DNA from: Bdellovibrionales bacterium
Lineage (GTDB): Bacteria; Bdellovibrionota; Bdellovibrionia; Bdellovibrionales; UBA1609
Assembly: GCA_031412575.1 (NCBI GenBank)
Contig: JANODG010000003.1
Location: forward strand, 1 to 53,250
DNA: 53,250 nucleotides
Reading direction: 5' to 3'
Numbering within the stretch: position 1 is the first letter of the stretch; every line of letters starts with the position of its first letter. A program made the translations under genes and the position numbers. Shown piece after piece: positions 27,228 through 34,830 of the stretch. The notes under the pieces were generated by a model, which worked only from the letters and a program-made list of their open reading frames with translations, searched no databases and was not told the origin of the DNA.

Positions 27228-27419
27228 ACACTGTCTAGTTCACTCGTGCGCTTTGCTGTCTAGCACACTCGTGTGCACTTTGGGCGGCTACCGTTCAGTC
27301 CGCTTCGCTGGGACTTCCGTTCGCACGCCCAAGCACACTCGCTGGTGCTTTTCCTCCTGCGGAGGGCGCGCTGGAACTTTTCTTGCTGCGCAAGGCGGAA
27401 CTTTTCCCACTGCGTGGGG
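27228..27419. repeat. GC-rich repeat element, copy A (intergenic, immediately 3' of the ftsI stop)
   Basis: Modules in order: CTGTCTAGTTCACTCGTGCGC (27231-27251), CTGTCTAGCACACTCGTGTGCA (27256-27277), GGGCGGCT, CACTCGCTGG, then three CTTTTC-hairpin units. It stands out sharply against AT-rich flanks. The same module order recurs at 29632-29740. Confidence 0.85.
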
Positions 27420-29330
27420 CTATTCCAGCTGCACTAGAACTTTGGATTTGGAGTGAAGGTTTTCGCCCTCTTGGAAGATGACTTTTGAGACTAAGCCTTG
27501 GCCGTGAAATTTGACTTCGACAGGTTTGTTTTTAAGAATTCGTAAAACTTCACGGACTGTTAATCCATGTAAAGAGTCTGTTGTTGATTTTGCGAGAGGC
27601 GTATATTTACAGTCTTTGTTTTTACAGTCTAATAATTCAGACGGCATAATGTTCGTCGGAATTATGTTTTCTTTGTTCATTAAAAATTGGGCGACCTTTG
27701 AAAACACAGGCGCTGCTGCCTCTGATCCATAGTAATTTTTTTCGGGCTCATCAATTCCTATATAAATAATAAATTTTGGTTTTTCTGCGGGAATCATTCC
27801 TACAAAAGAACTTAAATATTTATCTTGGTGATATCCACCTTTTTCTAAATTCACTTTATTTGCAGTTCCAGTTTTTCCGGCAACTAAGTAGCCCTCGACT
27901 GACGCATTAAATCCTGTGCCCCCGTCTTGAGTCACTTCGGTCAACATGGCTTTTAAAGTTTGCGCAGTTTCTTTAGTCATCACTCGCCGTTGAACTTTTT
28001 CAACTTCTAAATCCATTCCTGAAGCGGCAACTACACTTTCCACCAAGTAAGGCTGTTTCCACATGCCATCACTGGCAATCGCAAGATAAGCTGACGCTAC
28101 TTGAATGGGTGTCGCCGTAAAGCCATGTCCAAAAGATGCTGAAGCCAACATGTGGCTTGGCCATCTTTGCTTACGATATATTCCTTTGGATTCCCCCGGA
28201 AAATCTACTTTGGTTTTTTCCCCAAATCCAAGTTGGTTATAAAACGCACGAGTTTTTTGCTCGCCCACGTTCAAAGCCATTTGAGTTAAAACGACGTTCG
28301 ATGAAACTTTTAATCCTTCGGTTAACGTCATCGTCTGGCACTTAATTTTTTTTGCATCGGAAATAACTCTTCGACCTAATTTAATTTTACCATCAAGGCA
28401 CGCAAATTCACTTCCTGGTCTAAAAACTTTATTTTCTAAAGCGGCGCCAACAGCAAAAGTCTTTATCGTGCTTCCTTGCTCTTGAGCTTCTGTAAAAACT
28501 AAATTCTTTTTAAAAATACCTTTATCATAAATAGCTCGATTTAAATCATAGGTCGGCCACTGTGCCGAAGCCCGCACAGCCCCAGTTTCAACGTCTAAAA
28601 TCAACCCATAGGCAGACTTCGCTTCATGATCTTCCATGGCGCGCTTTAATTGAATTTCCAAAAAACGTTGGTATTCAGAATCTATAGTTAAAAATAAATC
28701 CTGACCCTCTGGAGGCTTATTATATTGTTCGGGGTCCATAAACAGTGGACGACCTTTAGCGTCTCTGGAAACAATAAGTTCCATGTCTTTTCCGGCTAGG
28801 AAATTATTGTACTGATACTCTAGACCCTCTAAGCCTCGCCCATCGGTGCCGACAAACCCAATTACTGAAGATAAAATATCGCGGCCTGGATACTGACGAT
28901 TAGGTTCACTGACAAAATGAATTCCGCTGAAGTTTGCGTTTTCTATTTCTTTTTTTAATTGCGGAGAGATCTTCCGCTTTAACCAAACGAATCTAGATTT
29001 TCTTCGCATCTTATATTCTAATGTTTTCGGATGCGCTTTTAATAGTCTTGCAATTCGACTTGCCGCAAGCCTTGGGTTTTTGATGTTCTGCGGATCTGCA
29101 AAAACAGAATACGTGGGTTCGTTAATGGCGAGTTCTTTGTTCTTTCGATCGTAGATGCGACCTCTGCGTGCTTGAACTTTAACGGTTTTAAAAAACTGGA
29201 TCTTTTTGTATTCGTCTAATCTTTTGTGAGGCAAAATTTGTATATTTGCCCCTTGGCCTAGGATCATGCAAAATATCACAAGCTTGAGTAGAAAAAAAAG
29301 ATGTATGAAATGCTTGATCCTCATACTCAT
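27420..29330 (-). CDS. ftsI: Peptidoglycan D,D-transpeptidase FtsI (class B PBP)
   Basis: N-terminal TM helix plus SxxK (STIK), SxN (SSN) and KTG (AGKTGTA) motifs. dcw position after ftsL. Confidence 0.93.
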   Translation of the reverse strand: MSMRIKHFIHLFFLLKLVIFCMILGQGANIQILPHKRLDEYKKIQFFKTVKVQARRGRIYDRKNKELAINEPTYSVFADPQNIKNPRLAASRIARLLKAHPKTLEYKMRRKSRFVWLKRKISPQLKKEIENANFSGIHFVSEPNRQYPGRDILSSVIGFVGTDGRGLEGLEYQYNNFLAGKDMELIVSRDAKGRPLFMDPEQYNKPPEGQDLFLTIDSEYQRFLEIQLKRAMEDHEAKSAYGLILDVETGAVRASAQWPTYDLNRAIYDKGIFKKNLVFTEAQEQGSTIKTFAVGAALENKVFRPGSEFACLDGKIKLGRRVISDAKKIKCQTMTLTEGLKVSSNVVLTQMALNVGEQKTRAFYNQLGFGEKTKVDFPGESKGIYRKQRWPSHMLASASFGHGFTATPIQVASAYLAIASDGMWKQPYLVESVVAASGMDLEVEKVQRRVMTKETAQTLKAMLTEVTQDGGTGFNASVEGYLVAGKTGTANKVNLEKGGYHQDKYLSSFVGMIPAEKPKFIIYIGIDEPEKNYYGSEAAAPVFSKVAQFLMNKENIIPTNIMPSELLDCKNKDCKYTPLAKSTTDSLHGLTVREVLRILKNKPVEVKFHGQGLVSKVIFQEGENLHSKSKVLVQLE

Positions 29331-29341
29331 AATCGTACACC

Positions 29342-29764
29342 TTATTGTTTGACCATAAAAGATGTAGAGCCAATGTTAATCACTTTACCGACCTGATATC
29401 CTTTAATAGAATATCTGTTCAAAGCTAGACCCGAAATTTCGCGATCTGAAACTTTCTTAGAATAATCGGTATAAAGCGTCCTAAATTCGTCATCATGAAT
29501 TTTAAATTCAGACGATAATTTGTAGATCTCATAAGACTTCCGCTTTAACTCCATTCGAGTAAATAAAACGGACATCATGGAAATTAAAAAAATAAATAAA
29601 GAGAGGAAGAATTTGATGCCGAGTTTATTGTGATCACTGTCTAGTTCACTCGTGCGCATTTTACTTTGATCGCTGTCTAGTTCACTCGTGCGCATTTCGG
29701 GCGGCTTCGCGCGCCCGCGCACTCGCTGGAACTTTTCTTCATTTGTATTTATTTCGTTTTTCAT
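29342..29764 (-). CDS. ftsL: Cell division protein FtsL with a repeat-encoded cytoplasmic tail
   Basis: Small bitopic protein (TM helix FFLSLFIFLISMMSVLF followed by a coiled-coil-like region) between rsmH and ftsI. The ORF opens at TTG 29782. ATG at 29762-29764 has AAGGAG 6 nt upstream, so I prefer it. Confidence 0.75.
   Translation of the reverse strand: MKNEINTNEEKFQRVRGRAKPPEMRTSELDSDQSKMRTSELDSDHNKLGIKFFLSLFIFLISMMSVLFTRMELKRKSYEIYKLSSEFKIHDDEFRTLYTDYSKKVSDREISGLALNRYSIKGYQVGKVINIGSTSFMVKQ
29632..29740. repeat. GC-rich repeat element, copy B (inside the ftsL 5' coding region)
   Basis: CTGTCTAGTTCACTCGTGCGCA at 29637-29658 and again at 29673-29694 (36-bp period), then GGGCGGCT, CACTCGCTGG and AACTTTTCTT. 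Order and orientation match copy A. Confidence 0.85.
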
Positions 29765-30659
29765 TTTTGACTCCTTTTTCAAAAACTCGAAGTTGGGCGC
29801 TTCGTGATCGGATATTACTTTCGACTTCTGATCTTTGAGGCTTTATGACTTTTTTTGTGACCGGAAATCCGATTTGTGAGTTCTTAAAAATATATTTCAC
29901 AATTCGGTCCTCCAGCGAGTGAAAAGTTATCACGAGCAAACGACCATCTTCATTTAAAAATTCCATAATTTCTGGTAGTGATTTTTTTAAGCCTTGGATT
30001 TCATTATTCACAGCCATTCTTAAGGCTAAAAAATATCTGGTGGCAGGATGTGAACCTTTTATTCTCCAACCCTCTTTGACTTCAATTAAGTTTGATAACT
30101 GCAATGTAGTTTTGAAGGGTTGAATCCCGCGTTGTGATATAATTTCTTTCGTCACGCGGTAAGGATTATAGACTTCGCCTAATTCTTTAAAAATTTCATT
30201 TAACTGATCTTCGTCATATTCGTTGATGATATTTTCTGCCGACAACACTTGTGACTGATTCATTCGCATGTCTAATGGACCATCTTTATAAAAACTAAAT
30301 CCACGGTCTTGATCATCTAGCTGGGGTGAACTCACGCCTAGATCCATCATGATCAAATCAAATTTTTGTTTAACATGATTTTTATCTGCAAAAGATTTCC
30401 AATCGTGAAAACTTGAGTGAATAAACTGACTTCGTTCGGATAGACCCAGATCATAAAATTTACTTTGAGTGTCTTTGATCGCTTGAATGTCTTGATCAAC
30501 GCCGAAACAAAATAAATTTTTATATTTATTCATGAAGGCCATCGCATGACCGCCTCGGCCTAAGGTCAGATCTAAATAAGTTTGTGGTTCTGCCTTTAAA
30601 CCTTGAGCTTGTTCTAAACACTCTTCTAATAAAACTGGGATATGTAAGTAACTCATCAC
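29739..30659 (-). CDS. rsmH: 16S rRNA (cytosine1402-N4)-methyltransferase
   Basis: HIPVLLEECLE, DLTLGRGGH, MDLGVSSPQLD and FHSLEDRIVK motifs. Confidence 0.95.
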   Translation of the reverse strand: MMSYLHIPVLLEECLEQAQGLKAEPQTYLDLTLGRGGHAMAFMNKYKNLFCFGVDQDIQAIKDTQSKFYDLGLSERSQFIHSSFHDWKSFADKNHVKQKFDLIMMDLGVSSPQLDDQDRGFSFYKDGPLDMRMNQSQVLSAENIINEYDEDQLNEIFKELGEVYNPYRVTKEIISQRGIQPFKTTLQLSNLIEVKEGWRIKGSHPATRYFLALRMAVNNEIQGLKKSLPEIMEFLNEDGRLLVITFHSLEDRIVKYIFKNSQIGFPVTKKVIKPQRSEVESNIRSRSAQLRVFEKGVKNEKRNKYK

Positions 30660-31114
30660 TTATCCCCTTTTTGTTGAAACTGACTGACGGTTTTTAAAAT
30701 ATCATCGTAGTTGACTGCAATGTCGGAAAAGATTTTTTGCCACGCGCTCTCATTCCATAGTTCAATTTTATGTCCCATACCAATGGCCACAATTTGTGTT
30801 TCAAGTCCCGCGAATTCACGAAGCAAGGTCGGGATTAGAATACGGTCCTGACCATCTTTTTCTAAATTTTGTGCACTTGAAATGTAGAATCTTTGGAACG
30901 CTTGAACATGCGTGTCAAAAACAGGAAGCTTAGACGTCTTTGATTCCAAAGCTTTCCATTCTTTTAAACTATATAGATCTAAGCACTTTTCACCTTTATA
31001 AAGCGAGTTAGTTATGACAAATTCAGCCCCAAGCCCGCCTTGAATGAAGACCGAAGGAAGTCGAATTCTTCCTTTTTGGTCCATTTTCAGATGATGACGT
31101 CCTTGAAAAACCAC
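30656..31114 (-). CDS. mraZ: Transcriptional regulator MraZ
   Basis: Two SpoVT/AbrB-like halves (DQKGRIRLPS and DGQDRILIPT). The longest ORF starts at TTG 31150. GTG at 31112-31114 gives MVFQGRHHLKMDQKGRIRLP, the usual MraZ N-terminus and length (about 152 aa), and it leaves the upstream repeats non-coding. Confidence 0.88.
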   Translation of the reverse strand: MVFQGRHHLKMDQKGRIRLPSVFIQGGLGAEFVITNSLYKGEKCLDLYSLKEWKALESKTSKLPVFDTHVQAFQRFYISSAQNLEKDGQDRILIPTLLREFAGLETQIVAIGMGHKIELWNESAWQKIFSDIAVNYDDILKTVSQFQQKGDK

Positions 31115-31150
31115 AAATCCCTCTTTATTGCCTATAAATTTTAATTTCAA

Positions 31151-31176
31151 CCACTTTTAACCACTTATTTCCACTT
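31151..31176 (-). promoter_or_regulatory. Three direct AAGTGG repeats at a 10-bp period: candidate MraZ operator
   Basis: Plus-strand CCACTT at 31151-31156, 31161-31166 and 31171-31176, about 40-60 nt upstream of the preferred mraZ start. MraZ proteins are known to bind arrays of short GTGG/TGGG-type direct repeats spaced about one helical turn apart upstream of mraZ. Confidence 0.5.
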
Positions 31177-31294
31177 CGGACAACAAGACCGTAAAATTAA
31201 GCATCAACATACAAAACTTTTAAGATCTATGCTTTTCTTAAAAAAAACAGACCTAAGTGTACCCATCCAAAGGCTAGCTTGTTACAGTTTCTAC

Positions 31295-31912
31295 ATGTCG
31301 ACATCGTCAGGACCCTTATACAAAGCCCCTTTTGGATCTATTACCGTGATTACGGGGTGTATGTTCAGTGGAAAAACGGAAGAGCTTATCAAGCGTATAA
31401 AGCGGCATCTGCTTCAAAAACATAGCTATCAAATTTTTAAACCCACCCTAGACACACGCTATGGATTTAGTGACCTTGTAGTTTCACATAACCAACAAAA
31501 ACTTCCCGCCATCAGCATTGATGATCCTAAAGAAATTCTGGTTCAATTAAAAAAGTCTGTGAATGTTGTAGGTATCGATGAAGCTCAGTTTTTTTCAGAA
31601 GACGTTATTTCTGTGATGAATGAACTGACTGAAAATGGAATTGATGTTGTAGCTTCAGGTTTAGATACTGACTGGCAAGGTCGCCCCTTTCATCCAATGC
31701 CCTTGATACTAGCTAATGCTGATTATATTCATAAACTTTATGCCGTTTGCTCGGTCTGCGGCAGTGACGCTACTCGAACACAAAGATTAGTCTCTTCGAA
31801 TAAAACTGTTTTGGTCGGAGCTGGTGAGGTGTATCAAGCCCGATGCCGCACACACTTTGATCCTTTCCAAAAAGATAAAAAAGATTTAATTTTAAAGCCA
31901 GTAGTTATATAG
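31295..31912 (+). CDS. tdk: Thymidine kinase
   Basis: P-loop GCMFSGKTEE, IDEAQFF, and zinc-ribbon cysteines CSVCGSDATRTQR...ARCRTH. The ORF opens at 31229, but ATG 31295 (MSTSSGPLYKAPFGSITVITG) gives the standard N-terminus. Confidence 0.9.
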   Translation: MSTSSGPLYKAPFGSITVITGCMFSGKTEELIKRIKRHLLQKHSYQIFKPTLDTRYGFSDLVVSHNQQKLPAISIDDPKEILVQLKKSVNVVGIDEAQFFSEDVISVMNELTENGIDVVASGLDTDWQGRPFHPMPLILANADYIHKLYAVCSVCGSDATRTQRLVSSNKTVLVGAGEVYQARCRTHFDPFQKDKKDLILKPVVI

Positions 31913-31968
31913 TGCCTCGTGATAGTCGCGAAGATATTTTTAACTTTTGATTAAAGGATAAAATTCCA

Positions 31969-32517
31969 ATGAAATCAGCAAACTTTGAACTTACACCTTT
32001 CATTAACGAAATCGATATCAAGGCCAAAGTTAAACAATTGGCTTCAGTCATCGACAATCAGGTGAAGAACTACAAAGAACCTGCACTAGCTCTTTGTGTG
32101 CTTAAAGGGTCTTTCATTTTTTTCGCGGATCTTATTCGCGAAGTTAAGACCGATTTAAAATGTGATTTTTTAGGATGTTCAAGCTACGGAAATTCAGAAA
32201 GATCTAGTGGCGAAGTTAAACTCACACTTGATCTTGCGAGTTCAGTCAGTGGCCAAAATATCATTTTAATTGAAGATATAGTCGATACTGGATTAACAAT
32301 GGATTTTTTAGTTGAAGCTTTAAAAGCTCGTAGGCCTGAAAGTATCACTACAATCACCTTACTTGATAAACCTTCAGCCCGAAAGAATGATTTTAAGGTT
32401 GATCATAGTGGGTTTGTTATTCCTGACGAATTTGTTGTTGGTTATGGACTCGATTACGCCGAACAATTCAGACAACTTCCATACATCGCAAAACTAGTTA
32501 ACAATAGAATGAACTAG
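31969..32517 (+). CDS. hpt: Hypoxanthine(-guanine) phosphoribosyltransferase
   Basis: PRPP-binding motif ILIEDIVDTGLTM and C-terminal FVVGYGLDYAEQFR. Confidence 0.92.
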   Translation: MKSANFELTPFINEIDIKAKVKQLASVIDNQVKNYKEPALALCVLKGSFIFFADLIREVKTDLKCDFLGCSSYGNSERSSGEVKLTLDLASSVSGQNIILIEDIVDTGLTMDFLVEALKARRPESITTITLLDKPSARKNDFKVDHSGFVIPDEFVVGYGLDYAEQFRQLPYIAKLVNNRMN

Positions 32518-32659
32518 GACGCCAACCACAAAATACCATCTCAAGATTGGTCCAATTTTTAATTTGCGCTTTTAAAAACCGATGCTTTTCAATCATCAAT
32601 AGTATTTAATTAATTTTAGGCCTGTAAAACAATATCGTATACATTGACCTTAACATTAT

Positions 32660-33244
32660 TTGAATATTGGAGTTATTTTGGGAAGTAAAATTGTTTTTGG
32701 TGCGTTCGTACTGGTTGAATTAGTTGTTGTCATCAATTTGATCAATTATATACGATTGATTTTTATTTCAGAAAACCGTCCTTACTTTCAATTACTCTGT
32801 TTAATCATTTTCGGAATTGTCATAGCAGTTGCAACTTCGTTTCTAGTCAAGCTTACGGATCAAACCTGGAGCAGCTATCTTGTTACTGGCTGGAATTTTG
32901 TGAAAACTTATTACATTGCCATAGGGATTTGTTTTTTATTTTCGTTCATAGGTTTGTTGATCATGGGTGCACCTGGGGCAATTGTTGCAACATCGATTGA
33001 TTTTATTCATTCAATGATTGGATTAAAACCAATGACGGGCGGTGAGATGTTAAGCCTAGGGGTTGTATACACACTATTTGCGCCCATATTCACTTTATTT
33101 AGTTTTGCTTACATTAGAAAATTAAATCCTGAACTTAATAGTTTTCTTGTTTTCATTTTGGCATTGGCAATTATTTTAACTTTCTTATTCTGTATTCAAT
33201 CCTTGATGTCTTTAAGTAAAACATTTCTAAGTAGAGCAACTTAA
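32660..33244 (+). CDS. Hypothetical polytopic membrane protein
   Basis: 194-aa ORF (TTG start) that is almost entirely hydrophobic helices. No motif recognised. Confidence 0.45.
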   Translation: MNIGVILGSKIVFGAFVLVELVVVINLINYIRLIFISENRPYFQLLCLIIFGIVIAVATSFLVKLTDQTWSSYLVTGWNFVKTYYIAIGICFLFSFIGLLIMGAPGAIVATSIDFIHSMIGLKPMTGGEMLSLGVVYTLFAPIFTLFSFAYIRKLNPELNSFLVFILALAIILTFLFCIQSLMSLSKTFLSRAT

Positions 33245-34645
33245 TCAGTATTGTAATGCTATACGCTCGGCTAAAAGATCGAATAAATCTGTAGCCCTAC
33301 CTTGCTTCGAAGTTGTTCCATTATAAATAAATGTGAATGCATAAGTGTTACCTTTATCTGAGTGTATGAAACCTGAAAGACCTACAACTCCATTGAGTAA
33401 GCCTGTTTTAGCGCGGATTTTACCTGTAGCTTTGGTCATCCGTTTCTTTATAGTTCCGTCGATGCCAGCTCGAGGAAATGAAGCAACAAACTCGGCATCA
33501 TGTTTGGGATGATTTTTCATGCTAATTAATAGTTCTGTTAAAAAGCTCGTCGACATTTTATTTTCAGTGGATAAGCCAGACGGATTAACAACTATAAATG
33601 GTTTTTTTGAATACTTACTTAAAACTTCAGTCAGATTTTTAACTCCACCTTCTAGCGTCCCAGGTCTATTGTTTTTTTTATGATCAATAAATTTAATTAG
33701 CATTTCAGAAATTAAATTATTTGAAAATTTCATCATCATTTTTATCACTTCATCAATCACGACACTTTCTGTTTTTGCCAATTGAACAGCTTGAGCAGGT
33801 GCTTTTCCAGTTTTAATTTGACCTGTGAGTTCAACACCTTCTTTTTTTAGAAAGTTTAACGCTTGAATCGCAGCTCTTCTGGCAGGTAAGGTGTGACTTC
33901 TATAAACAGAAAATTCGTCTCCAGGCCTGATCTGTCCACCTACCACAATTTGATCAACATCATTTGTTGTAATTCTGTCGACGAGTAAATTTGTAGACTT
34001 CGATGATGTCTTTGCATTATTTCTGATAACGATAGTTTCATCTGGGGGGTCAAGATAAACCCGAGCACTTTGTCCAATTTTATTTGGAAAAATTCTTACC
34101 CAAAGAGAATTCCAATTAAAAGTCAGACCCGATGTTGGTGAACTGTAAGCCCGATGATTTTGGGTTGATCTGCTTTTACTGAATTTAACATCGTCAAAAA
34201 TTGAAGTGTCATAAATAAGATCACCATTTATTTTTTTAACGCCAAGACGATTGAAATCGTGAATAAGAAGCCAAAGTTTTTCAGTCACAAACGTAGGATC
34301 ACCAGAACCTACTAAATAGAGTGGACCGTTTAAAACTCCTGATTCGGGTTTAGCTACAGATTTAAGTTCTGTTACGAATTGATGATTGGCCGGAATTGTT
34401 TCCAGTGCCGCGACGGCTGTAAGAATCTTTGTCAACGAAGCTGGAGTTCTTTGTTGGTCTGGATTTACCGCTAGAAAAGGGGACCAAGTTTCTTCTTTTT
34501 CTAGTTTTAAAAGTGAAATGGAAACTTGATCTTTAGAAATGCCGTGCTGCTGTAATAGCTTATTAAAAATGGGCTGAAAATCAGCATGAACATCATGAAC
34601 ACTTACGAAGGATAAAATAACAAGTGAGAGGATTTTATTTTTCAT
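33245..34645 (-). CDS. dacB: D-alanyl-D-alanine carboxypeptidase/endopeptidase, PBP4 (peptidase S13) type
   Basis: Signal peptide plus SxxK (PASLTKILT), SxN (FSNNLISE) and KTG (RAKTGLL) at S13-like spacing. Confidence 0.85.
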   Translation of the reverse strand: MKNKILSLVILSFVSVHDVHADFQPIFNKLLQQHGISKDQVSISLLKLEKEETWSPFLAVNPDQQRTPASLTKILTAVAALETIPANHQFVTELKSVAKPESGVLNGPLYLVGSGDPTFVTEKLWLLIHDFNRLGVKKINGDLIYDTSIFDDVKFSKSRSTQNHRAYSSPTSGLTFNWNSLWVRIFPNKIGQSARVYLDPPDETIVIRNNAKTSSKSTNLLVDRITTNDVDQIVVGGQIRPGDEFSVYRSHTLPARRAAIQALNFLKKEGVELTGQIKTGKAPAQAVQLAKTESVVIDEVIKMMMKFSNNLISEMLIKFIDHKKNNRPGTLEGGVKNLTEVLSKYSKKPFIVVNPSGLSTENKMSTSFLTELLISMKNHPKHDAEFVASFPRAGIDGTIKKRMTKATGKIRAKTGLLNGVVGLSGFIHSDKGNTYAFTFIYNGTTSKQGRATDLFDLLAERIALQY

Positions 34646-34830
34646 ACCCGTTTAGTCTATCTCAGGATGAACCAATTGCAAGATTGCAGTTTATTTCTTC
34701 TTTATAATACTATCCAGAATGTTGTGTTCTAAAAAACTTTGTGAATAAATTAGTGTCTGTTTTTGAGACGAATCCACTTTAATGACCCTTGCGGTTTTTA
34801 TTTCCTCAGCAATAGCCGATAGATTTATAT

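Noticed and set aside
27253-27456. 67-aa plus-strand ORF (MLSSTLVCTLGGYRSV...) in the ORF track
   Set aside because: It lies entirely over the GC-rich repeat element and runs into the ftsI 3' end. An open frame is expected by chance in GC-rich DNA (few stop codons). It has no RBS and an odd Cys/Gly/Arg-rich composition.
27231-29694. Possible CRISPR-like array from the repeated CTGTCTAG..CACTCGTGCGCA units
   Set aside because: There are only two units per locus. The periods are 25 and 36 bp, leaving almost no spacer. No cas genes are present, and the units are embedded in a larger modular repeat. This is not a CRISPR.
29765-29782. N-terminal ORF extensions from the longest-ORF rule (ftsL TTG 29782, mraZ TTG 31150, murC TTG 7442, tdk 31229, rluB 42421, pal 48680)
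   Set aside because: Downstream starts have better Shine-Dalgarno sequences and give canonical N-termini. The extensions overlap upstream genes or regulatory repeats.
33242-33247. Convergent membrane ORF and dacB stop codons abut with 0 nt between them
   Set aside because: This is unusual-looking, but it only means there is no room for a shared terminator. The start and extent of the hypothetical membrane ORF are uncertain, so I do not read biology into it.
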